Assembly: GCF_964355755.1 (NCBI RefSeq)
Contig: NC_092672.1
Span: forward strand, 9,920,001-9,984,000
Source of the DNA: Antedon mediterranea
Taxonomy: Eukaryota > Animalia > Echinodermata
DNA length: 64,000 nucleotides
Direction: 5' to 3'
In this document: piece after piece, positions 23,294 to 37,492 of the stretch
Layout of the letters: every line of letters begins with the position of its first letter
How positions within the stretch are numbered: the stretch's first letter is position 1
Made by a program: the position numbers and the translations under genes
Notes under the pieces: generated by a model
What the model was told of the DNA's origin: nothing
What the model saw: only the letters and a program-made list of their open reading frames with translations
Database searches by the model: none

Positions 23294-26200
23294 GTTATTC
23301 TTTTTTACCACTTTTCATATATCTATTAGAGGATTTTATTTGATTATAAATGTTACCATATTATTAAAACTAAAAAATTAAACATATCCCTTGAATAAGC
23401 ACCTCCCTCAAATGAACTCCACCTCCCAACCTCAGCCCAAGGACCCTATCAAACAATATACACACTATAGGCCTACTTTAAAATGTTATTTGAAACAGAG
23501 TAGGTTAAGTTTTACGAATGTCAACAACTTTCAATAATGGTAACCGACAGAAAACGTACAAGGAGAACGTACTTTTTACCCGGGTCATTATCATTCCGAG
23601 AACCATCGTCTACACTTCCTAGAGGGGAAGATTTACATCATCACTACTAATAGTAGAATAGGAAATGAGACTTCCAATGCACCCCTGAGGTATATTTTTT
23701 TAAGTTTTTTTTTTTTATATAACATTTTCAAATCGTGTCCCATGGGGTTGTTTTGACGGCCATGTGTATTTAACAAATTAACCTTTTTTTGCAATTCTCA
23801 AGAACCAGGGGTCGTATAAATACAATTTGTGTATTGAAGTACTCAGAATATGTATGTTTGTATACCCTCTAATGAAAGTTTTTCGTATAAAATTATAGGA
23901 AGTAGGACTTTTAAATGGGATTCATCTCAATAAACGGTAGACATTGAAACTTCAGTTTAGTTTCAAATTATGCAGAATACCCACATTTATGTTTATGTCA
24001 TTAAATACATCATGGGGTTGTTTCCTTTATATTTATAATAATGTAGACACTAATTTGTTCTTGAGCTATGGAGAATTTTTTTTTTCCGAAATAAAAGATG
24101 AATGAATGAATGAATATAACAGGCATCCAAGCTAAAACTTGTTTCTATTGTTTTTTTGCAGCATTAATATGTAATGCTTGGCGTTGTATTGTGTGTACAC
24201 TGTCTACATCCGACTGCACAATTTAAAATGATACTTAAAATTCAAAGCATATGCTGGTCAGTATTTTAAACAGTAAGGTCCTAACACCATGTCTTGAACG
24301 CATTTCATCCAGAACGTGCCTTTGCATTTCAATCATTTATTTCTACTGTCATGTACGGTAATTTGGATCTCTCCAATTTACTGTATTTCTCCGACGGGAA
24401 TGTTCATTTCTGATTCACGTTAAAGTGGCTTTGTGGCCCACTTACGTAATCATTATTACTAGCCTATTTTTAGATCTATATATTTCGTTTAAACACGTAT
24501 TGCTCTAATAAATGCGCGCCAAGCATATATTTAGCGCTAAAGCATTATTAAAACAACCCAGTTTGGCCAAAAAAATAATCCTTAAAGTTTGATTGTTTCT
24601 AGAGATGATTTCGGCAAAAACGGATGGATTGAATAAGAATTATTTTTTAGTGGTATATCTATATATTAATAGATTATTCTTAATTCAGGCGGACATAAAC
24701 ACTTGTGGAAATAACTGTCTTGGATAACAACATATCTCTCGAAACAATAGTGTTGATTAACAGTATAATCGAGCCATGATTGTATTTTTGTCACATAAGC
24801 ACCAACAAAATTAAGGGTTGTCGATTGTCTTTAGCGCTTAAAGTTAAACATTCATTTCCGGTATCGATTTGCTCGAATTTACTTCCAGTTTCACGCCCTC
24901 TCGAGTATTTATTATGTTTCGTATGATGTATGCAATAAACAGTTCATCTACATGAACTTGATTTTTTACTGTCATAGAAAATAACTGATAATTATAATGT
25001 ACAGTCATAAAAATGGATGATCCATGTGTGGCTTTCGTGTGAAAGAATACTAACAGGAAAAAGAAAATAAGGAACTTTAGATTTGCGACGACACATCAAT
25101 TGACCTGACCTAGGCGGGTCGTCATTCCTCGGTCGTCGCAAATCGAACAATGATTGTATTATTGTCTTATAGCACCACAACAATTAAGGTTCTTAGAAAC
25201 TATCAAAAACGTGTGTCGTGTCGATGTGAGTAAGGACTGAAGACGCACGTCCTAATATTCCCGAATGCGCACAATGAACTAACATGACGTTGTTTGGTCG
25301 TCGGTCTTCGTTCACAAAACAAACTTGGGCCAATTACAGACATCAGATAAGATGTTAGCATTATTAAAGTTAGATTATTTGTTTACAGTATGTAACTGAA
25401 TAATAATAACAGCTAGGGTATTGTTGAAGCTATGAAGGTGTAGTGGCTATAGGTCGTTTCCACTAATGTTTTCTTTCAAATTGGTTTGAATGTTTACGTA
25501 AACGATTGGATATCTAAAGTAATCACTATTAATAAAGCAATCTAAAAGTATAGCAATCAGGTCAATTGCCTGAATAATCGCGCCAATGTTGTTGTCTATG
25601 TCTACTTTCTCTGTACACGTGTTAATATTTGTAAGCACTTAAAACTGGATAATAGCTGTCCGGTGTATAAAAATAACTTCAGATTTGTATTTTCCACCAG
25701 TATTCCTTATATGGAAGACCGCTTCGTTACAATAATCGTTATTTAAATAGGTCAGTACTCTAATTAATTATATTAATACTGTAATTCACAATAATATTAT
25801 GCTTAGGAACCTCTTAAATCATATAAATAGAATCTTTTGCTGTGCTTACATCAATATCCGGCACCAACAACGGGTCTTCTTATTTGTATGTTTGTTTCTT
25901 TTCTAACATTTTGGCAAACATATTTTAAAAACACCAGCAAACACCACACTATTCCGTAACAAACTGTTTCCAATGGTTCCTACAGTAGATACAAACACAT
26001 TTTAGAACAAACATTGCATAACATTTAAAATAAAAATCTACCAATTAAAATGATTGTAAAAATATAATATCCAACTTTGGATCTATTATATATATATATT
26101 ATTTCTTTAGATGTTGGATTACTATATTAAGTGAATACAAAATATCTTGCAAATTTCCATAGGATTGATCTGATTTCTTATGTGAAATTTAAAATTTAAT

Positions 26201-27054
26201 TATACATCATGTTCTAAGATTTGCAAAATCATTTAAATCATTATAAAGGATTCATAAAATATATGAATCATAAATAAATATAACTGAGGATATACATAAT
26301 TTTGAATCCTGAATAGGAGTTTAATCACTATAATGGCTTGTTTTAAAGTAAACATTTCGATACCAAAGATGCTAACAAAATTACTGAAGCAATTTAAAAA
26401 AGAAGTAGGCCTACATCTCGATACTTAGTCATTCCATTTAAGCCTCTTCCATTGTAGTGCGTAGAGATTATTTTGGAGATTTGTGTCGCCAATCTTGTGT
26501 TACGTCAATCAACATTCTTATTATTTATTCATTAGTTTAGACTGTTCTTGATTGATATGTGTGTTTGTTTCCTTTGTTTATTTCAATATACTCTACGTAT
26601 AAGTTTCATTTCTGGCCTTGTGCAATTACCAGTGTACACAGCGACATCGATCCGTTCTCCTGAAGGAGTCAATAGAAAATAAAGTGTGTGACAAACAGTA
26701 TGTTGCATTATAACAGTTCATCGGCATTATACTATTTGTATGTTAATATATACGGACAACTACACATTTGGGATAGAATTGACACCCTTAACATAGTAAC
26801 GTTTTCCTTTTAACACTAGGAAGTACACCAATGTGAATACATCGTTAGCATTAATATCGGCTAATGGTTTTGAAATTAGCTGCACTTGATGGAATTGGTA
26901 TGTAAATGGTATGAACAGTTAATCATACTTTGGCAAATATGCATTTAATACCAATAGTATATATTGAGATCATTCATTACTAACAAATTATGACCGTAAT
27001 ATAAAAAGATCAATTCTAATTTAGGAATTTTGTAATTCAGTAATGCCATTTATG

Positions 27055-27120
27055 TATTCGACTAAATAATTCTGTATGTTAATTCCCTTTCTCTATTCGA
27101 CTAAATAATTCCGTATGTTA
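27055..27120 (+). repeat. 27-bp direct duplication
   Basis: TATTCGACTAAATAATTCYGTATGTTA at 27055-27081 and 27094-27120. Confidence 0.85.
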
Positions 27121-30100
27121 TATACTTGAATATATTTTTTATGCTAATTTGACTGTATGACATACATTGATATGATCGGTTTGTAGATACGTGGCACAAC
27201 GTTGACGGTGTAGAAGAAAGATGATGTTTGCGTATCATACAAAATGTCATGATATAGGCAACTACATACTACAGTATCTTTCAGGACAATTGTGTCTAAA
27301 AACATTCCATTAAACCTGAAAAAATGTTATAATGAATGGATGGACATTCTGATTTTTTAAACTTAAAATAGCATTTAAAACACCGGTAAATGTGGAGATT
27401 GGTTACATTGTCTACGGTGGTGAGGTTGTTGCACGAACTGTATGTATATGTAACCAATCTTTTTAAAGGAATTGTGTGAAAATTCGTAGTGTAATCGAAC
27501 TAACTATTTGCGTTGTCACAGAATATATTGATTCTAATAGGGTAGCCTTAATGATCGAAATGACATAGAATAAACGTGAAATGTGAATAGATTGAAGGCA
27601 TTTAATGGCATATGTGGCATTTACTCGGAAGCTATATCATGAATTGAATAAAAAGAACCCAAACATGAGTAGCAGTAATTAATTTGAATTGAACAAAATA
27701 TTTAGTGTAACAAACGTCTAGGCCTATCATAATACTCGTAATGACACGCGATAATTACATGTTCATGTGCATGTAGAAAGTCGTACACGCGTTGTATAAC
27801 ACCCAACGCTTTCCTTCTCAAAAACTTCATGGGCCTAGCCCAACCCTAACCTAAAATCAAAGTAAATTTGTAGGCTTATGATTTTTAAACATAGAAAATA
27901 GGAATTTCAAATGACATAAGTTGCGTTGTAGTAAAAGCGCGGGAATTGGCCTCTAATTAGCACAAATTATTACGTCATAGTTTTAATTACACTAACAAAA
28001 TACTTATTTTGGACTGCATTATCGGGACATGGCGCACACCAGTTATCACCGGTTTATTGTTTGATATTGATCGGTTATTCTATCAAGGTAATCAATTATG
28101 CACACGGAAGACTAATGTAAATGTAAAACATAATGACAGCTGCTGAGGACATTCTTTGTGGGTGTTAGAAACTTTTAGCCTTGTAGCTAGCTAACATTTA
28201 TTGAGTAAAAAAAAACCGACAATCCGAACAAAATACGCTTCATATTTTTCACATGAATCAAACATCAGGATATAAAAACTGTATTTTAGTATTATTACAA
28301 ATTGAATTAGTTGAAAGTCTTGGTAAGTTTGTGAAAGAAAGAAACATTTATATACTGGTTACATACAACCCTAAATATGGAGGTTTCTTTTCGGAACGAC
28401 AAACTGAAGAATAACGTAGACTATTTTATGCAAAATATTAATCTGCGCATGCGTAATCCCAGAGGACTGTATTTTGGTCGTTGTTTCATTCGTCGTCATT
28501 ACACAACATTAATAGAATTTTACAACAACCAATGTACGTTTAATTTCTTTTGAAAACTTAATAATAGAACAGCCTTCAGGTGTTAATTTGAATATTCATT
28601 AGTTGACGAATAAAAGCAGTGTGATAATAACCCGGAGAACCCCCAGAGTCATTGAAAGAAAAGTCCCACTTGGTTTAGGAAATCCCGATCGAAGAACCCA
28701 CAGCAAAATGAGGGCGCCATTCAATCAATGATTGCCTTAATATATAAACAACAAATCCATTAGTGTCAAATTCTTGTCTAAATTACTCATTACTTCTATG
28801 CATTGGACAGATACATCACAGTGAACTGACAAGCATACAATAATTCAATGTCAAATAAATGTATACGTTTAATTAAAACTATAAATTATCCGGGTATTCT
28901 CCCAGTATTAGAGTTCAATATAACGCGGTTAAAAATAATCACTTGTGCTTTACGGCGTAAAGTCACTCTATATTATTTGTAAAGTCAACACTACTAGTAT
29001 TAACGTATTAACTGAATTTCCAAGCAAAGGAGAAGCGTGTTATTATGTGTTTCCTATACATTGCCACATTTTCTTTTTGTCTCCCAAAATTACCATCAGT
29101 TTTATAACCACATGCTTTGACAAACAACAGAAAGCCATTGTTACTATGAAATCATTTATAATTTTGAAATAAGACATCATTAACCATTGTGCAAATATGC
29201 TACTTATCCTTCTATATATTTTTAGTTTTCCTTTAAAATAATAAAGCATGAAAAACAAAAAACGAACTTAAAAGGCAAAGTATAAATATATTCTTTAGTT
29301 TTTGTTTCAAACATTTCAAAGTGTTAGGATTACGAATCATTGACCAATGAGATGGTCATTGTGCGTATTTCTGAAATTGGTCTCCTATCTTATAACACAG
29401 ACAAAAAAATAACATACAATTGCCCGCTAAGACAAATGAAGCACAGGCAATCGAGTATTTTACATCATCCCACGAGACGACAAGAATATTAGTGTAATTT
29501 GTTTCTTGACAAAATGATATAAACGTGTAGAACCTGCCACCTTACGCTTCACAGATCAGGTAAAAGCAATACTAAAAAGGTGTAGAACTGGCATCAATTG
29601 CCACTGAAGCTTACAATCTAATATGCTAAATTTACAATTGTTAACATCAATTTGACGTTCAAAACATCTTAATCGTTTTAAATTTTGTTAACTAATGACT
29701 TGATGAAAGTGGGCCTTTGAGAAATATGACAAATAGTAATGGCATGGCATTAGACGTTCTTGTAAATATTTAATTTACCAATTTAGTGTAACCATCCAAT
29801 CCCAATGTAGCTTAATGTTTGTATTATTTCTACGAAACCACGTAATAAAAAATGTATAATGAATTACAAAAGTTGTAATTGTGTATCTCAGAAATCAGTC
29901 AATCAGTTCAAAAACGTATAAAAATATTATCATAATTTATTTTTAGACATCAATTGAATTACTAAGTTAATTCTCCCTCTCCGACCCCCAGATAAATATA
30001 GTTAAGGATTTGTTTTAACCAAAGGTGGCAATAATATAGCAATATTTGGTTGTAAAGGCATAATTAGGGAAATTTTAAAAAATGAACATTTCTTCACTAA

Positions 30101-30591
30101 AACAAAATCATGCTAGTTTATTTCACTAGACTTTCTTCTTTGAAACAATTCACCGTACTTTAACGAGTATGTTACCAATGTAAGTCATAATTAACATCCT
30201 CCAGTTCAACAACATTCACTCCATGTAATATGTATTCAATGTGTCATCAACCGCCATTCATATGACATAAGTAAGCCTAGAGAAGTACAAAAGTACAGTA
30301 CATTTATGATTCCTCTTCTACAAAAAATCAAACTTGTTGACAACATAACAATAGGCCTACATTATTGATTATTTATTTATCCCTAATATTACATTAAAAG
30401 AGCATTTATTGGAATGATACTACTTTTATTAAAAAGAAAACTATAGTATAGTACATACAGCACTTTATGTTATGTTATGTTATTTATTTATTATTCAACA
30501 TTTTTTGTTTTGTTTTTGACGTTATCAAATTTTTATTTTTTTAAAGTTCTGTTATTTATTTGTTAATTTCGTAGCTTAAGTTAGTTAAGAT

Positions 30592-30670
30592 AAAAGGTAC
30601 CAAGCTTGATTAGCTTCGGCTATACCTTGGCTACCTTTTGTATTGAAATTGTTTTGTTTGATACAATAAA
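30592..30670 (+). other. Stem-loop capped by a cUUCGg tetraloop and followed by AATAAA; probable LINE 3'-UTR remnant
   Basis: AAAAGGTACCAAG..TAGC-TTCG-GCTA..CTTGGCTACCTTTT, with a T-rich tract upstream and AATAAA at 30665-30670. Confidence 0.5.
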
Positions 30671-32012
30671 GAAGAATATCACTAGTTCTTTTTTCATGAC
30701 GTATTCGTATGTTCTAATATGAAAGTATTATCATCAAAGTGGTTTGAAAACAATAGATGTCAATTGTGTATCATACATCTTTTAAACGACATGGAAATTG
30801 AACTATATGTACGGTACATTTTCAAGAAATTACAATTCATTTATCAAACTATCAATCAATTCCAAGTTATTTTTATGTTTTGATGTATACTATAGAATGC
30901 ATAAATTAAAACGTTCTTTCTTTAACCGGATATAAAATAAGTAAAAAGTAAGTATTGTTGTCAATATAGATTTTTTCCTAGTTTTTGTCTATTTTTTGTT
31001 TGTTTTCTAACTTAATTTTGTGCATACTAACTATGGTTGCATCCTTATTATTTTCTTTACAAAAATACTATATAGCGCCTTTGTAAACAATATAATAAAT
31101 AAACTAAAGAACGAAATGTCGAGTGCATTGAAGAAAACATTTCCAGTTATATTCTTGAGGGAAACGCTGCTCTAACTGTATGCAAAGCATTCATTATGCT
31201 GTCCAAGCAACATAATATATGTAATAAAGTTACGATAAAAGAGGAGAAAATAGTTAATTTTAATGAAACTAAAATTATACAAAAATAAATGTTGAAAATC
31301 TTCACCATACAATAGGCATAACAATTAAACTTATAATAGTAGAGACAGGTTTTTCAAAAAATTTGAAATTCAGTCTTCTAAAGTAATTCATTAGTTAGTT
31401 GGGCAGTGTTTTTGGGAACCTCGGCATACATCATGGTTCTATTGAATTACTATTACATGGTGTATGTGCGTTTAAACTTGTGTTTAAAAACATGTAGGAA
31501 CAGTAACACTATTTCAATTAAGATTGATTTGGTTTGATTGAAAGATGAAAACTATGAAACACAGTTTAATTAAGTAATTGAAAATAGTAATCCGCTTATA
31601 TATGACACCACATGTAACACATTGAACCGAGTTGAGTAGCTTATATAGTTAAGTTGAAATCGAAAAGACTCCGGATGCCAATTGCTAAAAATCAATAGTA
31701 TGATGTCACTGCAGTCAGTCAATTCCATCATTAAGGTAATAATTGGCACAAGAAAGTAATATCACATAGAGAAGATAATATTCATGACTAAAAATAGTAC
31801 ACAAGTACTAATTGTATTCAGTAATTAAACTCGAAGAAACACAATTGTCAATTGATCAACAACTATGGAAATAAGATCATATAGATTATATAAGAATAAA
31901 ATGTGTATTCTTATGTAATCTACTATTTATCTAAATTTGTAACATTTAAAAAAAAACGTTACATGCAATTCAGATCAGTAGTAGACGGTTAGTAGTATGT
32001 TGCCTGTGTCTG

Positions 32013-32036
32013 CATTAACATGACGTCATGTTAATG
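32013..32036. promoter_or_regulatory. Perfect 24-bp palindrome centred on a CRE (TGACGTCA)
   Basis: CATTAACATGAC|GTCATGTTAATG, with a second TGACGTCA at 32113. The palindrome is certain; a regulatory function is unproven. Confidence 0.4.
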
Positions 32037-32287
32037 AACTCAGTATACATATATTTTGGAAAGTCATTTGCTTATAAGATAATATGAACAGCTCTTTAGA
32101 CTTCTGAGATCATGACGTCACATACGCGCACATTTACCTAGATTGTTTCTGTTATTATGCCTTGTTTGGCGTTTGGCATTAAAGCCGATGCTAAACGAGA
32201 GCAAGGCTGTTTGCATGATTCAAAGAACTTGAATCTGCAGTAAAGAACTTCCTGAAATAAATAACATATAACGTAAATGACAATTTG

Positions 32288-32405
32288 TACAAAATTGATT
32301 AGGTCTATCCGATTCTATACAAATGGATTCGGTATAACCGATCCTATACAAATGGATTAGGTCTAACCGATCCTATACAAATGGATTATATCTAACCGAT
32401 CATAT
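32288..32405 (+). repeat. 29-bp minisatellite, 4 copies (TACAAATGGATTAGGTCTAACCGATCCTA)
   Basis: Units start at 32288, 32318, 32347 and 32376. Confidence 0.9.
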
Positions 32406-33676
32406 AGGCCTACAAATAAATTGTATTCACATTATTTAAACTTGCTACATTGGGCATATTTTGATATAATATTTTGAAATTAGTTATCGAGACAAATTTA
32501 TAAAAATACATGCAAGGATAACTACTTAAATATTGTATCCGACAATTTTTGTATTTGTATCTGACAAATTTCGTTCCATCGTCGATTCTGAATTTTTTTT
32601 TCACTCGGCTTCGTCGATGTATCCAATCAGTTTCTCATCTCAATACCCTTAAACATCCTTAATATAGACACATAATACTTTTTGTTCCACTGAACGTTCA
32701 CAATCAACGATGGAACGAACTTTGATTTTGTTATGTTTTTCATTAAAATAGTTCTTGATATTATAGATGTATTGATAAAAAGTCGTGAAAACATTTGATT
32801 CAGTTGTAGGCCTATACAAATATTTAATTTTGAGGTAATATTTGTTATTTAGACAAGACTAAAATATAAATGAATAGAGGTGACATAATATGGGCTTCTG
32901 TGCAATTCTTTGTTATTCATGATTCAAATATTTTAAAAACAGTTACGTAATGCGAAACGGTAAATAAGTTGCATGCTACGGCTGGAATCCGCGCACTGCC
33001 GCGACATGGTCGAAACTGAGAGTTATACTGGACAAATAAAACATCAAACCTCTGGCTTCACACACAGATGAGGTCACTTCTTCATGAAGTCTCCCTGACA
33101 GAAAGACGAACATCTCGAGACAAATATCAATGGATGTACCTTAACTTATTTGTGTAATATACAGACAAAATCGTTAAGTAAAAATAATACAATGTTTTAG
33201 AAATTCAATGCATGGTTTAATAAATAATATGACCTATTTTATGTTTTTAGATATTATTGATTTTGAAGAAAAAAATTAATCAACGTATGGTTTTAATGAT
33301 ACTACAGACAAAGGGTTTGAATGGCATATTACAATGTTTCATAATAATATTACAGAATGCATGGTTTTATAAATTGCATAATAAAAAATGTTTATGATTT
33401 GGTTGTAATCATTACAATTCACTACAATGTTAAGTTATCTACAGTATATTATGATTATACCAACAGACAAAACTGTTTTTAATTAATTATTTCATTTTTT
33501 AAATTAAATATTTCATAAGGAAATTACTAAGACACGATTTTGTAAAAAAATCATCTGGTTTATATGTTGGATATACAATATTAAGATATTGAACCAGAGA
33601 TTGGATTTATTGCTAAATAGAGAAAAGGTTTGGTTGTAACACAATACAATTACTTTGGAATATACCTATGTATATA

Positions 33677-35060
33677 GAGCTCCACCCAGAAAATTACTAT
33701 TTCTCATACATTTCAACTATTATTTAAAAATATCATCCCCCATACTTCATATTTTTTTGAAATTTTTTTCAATGAGTACGAGTTTCTTGAAAATCACGCC
33801 TTTTTGCGTTTTGGGGGGATACCTTGTAATTTCCTATTCTTTTACATGCAAAAGGGGGGTATATTAAAATAATAAAAAAAAATTAATTTCTTCACTAAAA
33901 AAAAAATTTAAAATGTAGTTTTATGTAATTTTTCCAGATCTTTCTATTTCTGGTATTGTTATCGCGTATACATTGCGCAATTTTGCGTAAATAGACACTT
34001 TCCCCCGTTCGGGTCCAATTGGGTTTTTTATTTTGCTAGGGAGTATGATCACGTGACATTTTTCACAATCACACTACTGCAGCTGGCGATCTGTTATTTT
34101 GTCGCGATGTTATTTTTGACGGGCAAAAAGTATATTAAAACATTCTGAATGTGACCCTATCATGTTTCACAGTGTAATAATGTGATTATGAGACTATTAC
34201 TAAAATGTCAAATTTAACGAGATTTGAGAAAGATGTGGCTATATATTCAATAAAGCTAGGCCTAGGCCTACTAGAGTGTAGGTATGTACCGATGCTGCTT
34301 GGCTTCTAGCTAGGCTGACATTCAGCAGTGAAGTTTGTTCTGCTGGCACCCAACCTCGGCCTACCCATGGGTCATGATAGGGTGCCTGAAAAGTTGCTTT
34401 TCAGTCAGGCCTAAGCTTCCACATCGCTTTACTACACTTTACTACTCTTGTTCTGTATATGATTTTGTGTTTCACAATTCTTAATGTGCGAGAAAACCCA
34501 GGAATGATAAATGGGGCGAAACGACCAAGAATTTTCAAACCCATGAATGCATATAGGCCTAGACAAAAATTCAAGGCTAGCTAGGCTGAGCAGACGGCTT
34601 AGCTAGGCCTAGGCCTAGCTTAAAGTTAATAAATAAGCAATCTGATAAGATTATTATGCTGTTGTTGGGATCATGAGGTTACAATACATGTAAATTATAC
34701 ATATACATTTTTATCGCAAATATTACTTAGGCCTAAACAAATCGTATTAAGTGTGTGTATAAAATTTATTCCCCATTTTTCGACACATAATTTACCAAAG
34801 GGGAGACATTTCACCCATGCGTTCAACGGTGACTAAAACGCGTCAGTTGCTAAGTGTAACGCGTTTTGCGACGTATTGTAAACTAATAACCCCTAAGTTA
34901 CTGAAAAAGTGTAATGTATTAAAAAACACTATTTTCTGACCGATTTTTTAGAAATGAATTTTTGGAAAATATTTCCGTATTTTCCCTGTTTTTTAATGTA
35001 ATCACTTTCAATTAAATATACTTAAACATAATATAAGCTGAGAAAGTCTGAGTGTAGCTC
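33677..35060. mobile_element. Putative ~1.4-kb non-autonomous DNA transposon with GAG termini (Sola-like?)
   Basis: GAGCTCCACCCAGA (33677) matches the reverse complement of TCTGAGTGTAGCTC (35047-35060) at 12/14 positions. The interior is GC-richer than the flanks. No clear TSD. Confidence 0.4.
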
Positions 35061-35625
35061 CACTTTACTATCACATAAACTATGTGATAAATCCAGATGT
35101 AGGCCTACCTGATGAACGTTGTAATTTCATCGATTCATAATAGAAAGTTAAATAATGATAAATGTTTAGATTAACATATACCTACAAGCTCACTGACATT
35201 AAGCATGTTCATGCTATAAGATGTTGATTAAAGTTATTGCAGTAAATCAAGTATAGGCTACAATGTTGTAGTTTAAAAAAACATAATTTAGAATACAATA
35301 ATGCCTATGCATATTATGTTATTGCTATTAAATCATATTGAAGCAATACTGTAAGTAAATAGTAAGCTATTTGAGACCTGAGGCAGTATATAGAAAATGA
35401 CATTATTATGTTCAGTATCATAGTCAAATTATGTGATACGGCAAAACATGTGTCTCATGCAACGGTGTCATAAAGATTCAGTTTTATATGGGATTAATGT
35501 TAAGATAAATTAAGGCTTTGGATACTGGTCCATCATATGTGATGGACATGTGATGCTGTATCGTGAAATGTGATACCGTACTAGACAAATTGTAGATTCT
35601 GTACAGAATATTGGCTGCTATGATT

Positions 35626-35743
35626 TTTATGTGACAACAAAATGTGATGTGACCATATATGGACACGATGACGTCATATCACTTCCGCATTTGGGCACAT
35701 CGCACTTTTTTTTCAAACTATTTTGATAGAGGAGACAGAACTT
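35626..35743 (-). mobile_element. Decayed, end-truncated copy of the AGCTCTGTCTACACTATCAAACT MITE
   Basis: AATGTGATGTGACCATATATGGACACGATGACGTCATATCACT...TTTGATAGAGGAGACAGAACTTAA aligns in reverse to 46635-46798. Confidence 0.7.
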
Positions 35744-37435
35744 AAGATTATTTCAGACTTGATATTTTACAAATACTGTATAGTCTCTGTTATTTAAACT
35801 AGATTCCAGCTCAAGTATTATACGTATGAAATGCCATGTGTGCCAATTTTTTTATTTAAAAAAAAATATTATGTGGAATCGCCGTCTAGATCATAGACTA
35901 ACATTGTAATAACTACACTTAAACTTGGATGTTTTTCTATTACTGATCATAAACTAATCTAGATTGTTTACATCATCTCATGTTTACTTTTTAAAATCAT
36001 CCTGTACACACAGGGTGCATTTTGTTTACGTCTTTTCTGTAACAAATACAATCACATGTATTAACGTATTCCAGTTTTGTTCTCTAAGCTTCTTTGGTGA
36101 ATTGCAATAAGCAGATTACTCTAAATGGGATGCTTAAAATGATAAAGTGGTATTTTTTTAGGAACAGCGCCTCTAGCTTCCACCGATCGAGTAACCCAGA
36201 TACCCTGCAGTACTGTAGCTGAAATTCTCTCATTTTTCTTGTTTCCTGTCATGAGCACCGATTAACCCGACTTTATATCTACTCCCATTTCTCTCCAACC
36301 GTATCAATTTTGATGCCATATATATTATTGTATATTAACTGTCGCCAATATTCTCTCTATCAATGTATATCCCCTATGGATACGAAATATGGGACACGAC
36401 GATGTAGGCCTATCTATGTTACTGTATAAATTATGGAATAGTATTTTTCGTTTTAATAGCTAGCACACTGTATATTGTGAAAATCGAATCGATACAGTAT
36501 ATCATTTCTATTATATCATTCATAAACATTTTTTTTTAATTCTATGAAGTTTTAGATCAACTATTTGATTAAAAACTAAAGAAAATACTTCAAATAGCCG
36601 ATCAGACAAAATTGAACATTTTATTATTATACTTTGGTGTACTCATTACAATGGCTATATTTAAACATAGAGTAAACCCCTCCTGTTAGATACCCATGTT
36701 CAGGTGACACATCTATATTGAGGGGACACTATTCCGCGAAAGTAGGCTTAGCGAAAGACATTACACTAACACCAGAGCTATTATTAGTACACATACTTTG
36801 GGTCCGTGTCAGTTCTTACGTCACACCCTATGAATATGACTAATGAATATTCATGTTTATGTTGTGACGTTTCATTCACCTGTCTTGTCGGGCTCGTAAG
36901 TAGACCATACATTTCTGTATGGTGTATTTTATAATCCATAATAAAATAACGTTGCTTCTGACTGTTATTGGTGATTATCCTTAAAACAATCGTCTGTACT
37001 CTAGATTGTTTCATTTTTACCCACAATTCAATCACTATTCACCGTGTCTTAAGCACCCCATGCCGTTGTATACAAATCGCAATAAGCCAGTTTCAAACGT
37101 GACAGAAATATCTAGTTGCCACTATTTTACTTAGTGTAGTGATTCATTAGGCATGATTGTTATACAACTATACCTTAATGCCAGTTTATTCTTCATTGAT
37201 TATAATAGTAACAATCCACATTACGTTAGACTATATTCGCCAACCACCAACGTCTTTGGATGATTCAACGTTTATTTTTAAGATCAAGGTCCTTGTACTC
37301 TACGATTTGGTGTGTTTTTCTGAGGGGGCGTTTGCAGATTAGGAGTTTCTTTACCAAGTTGGATATAATCTTGGCAAATTAGTCAATTTTTGTGCCAATA
37401 AAATATATAAATATAACCTTTTATCTTTCACACCT

Positions 37436-37492
37436 CATGAAATTATTTGTAGCCTACAATTTGCACTAACAGACATTATTCTTATATTTTCC
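37436..37492 (+). repeat. 57-bp dispersed duplicate (second copy at 40277-40333)
   Basis: CATGAMATTATTTGTAGCCTACMATTTGCACTAAYARACATTATTCTTATATTTTCC is present at both sites with 4 differences and unrelated flanks. Confidence 0.85.

Noticed and set aside
36162-36265. Candidate phase-1 exon 2 (GTAPLASTDRVTQIPCSTVAEILSFFLFPVMSTD*) after TTTTTTTAG
   Set aside because: It is in frame and stalk-like, but the hydrophobic run is too short for a TM helix, it starts with the common repeat motif AGCGCC.CTAG, and such matches are expected by chance in 59 kb. It cannot be supported without RNA data.
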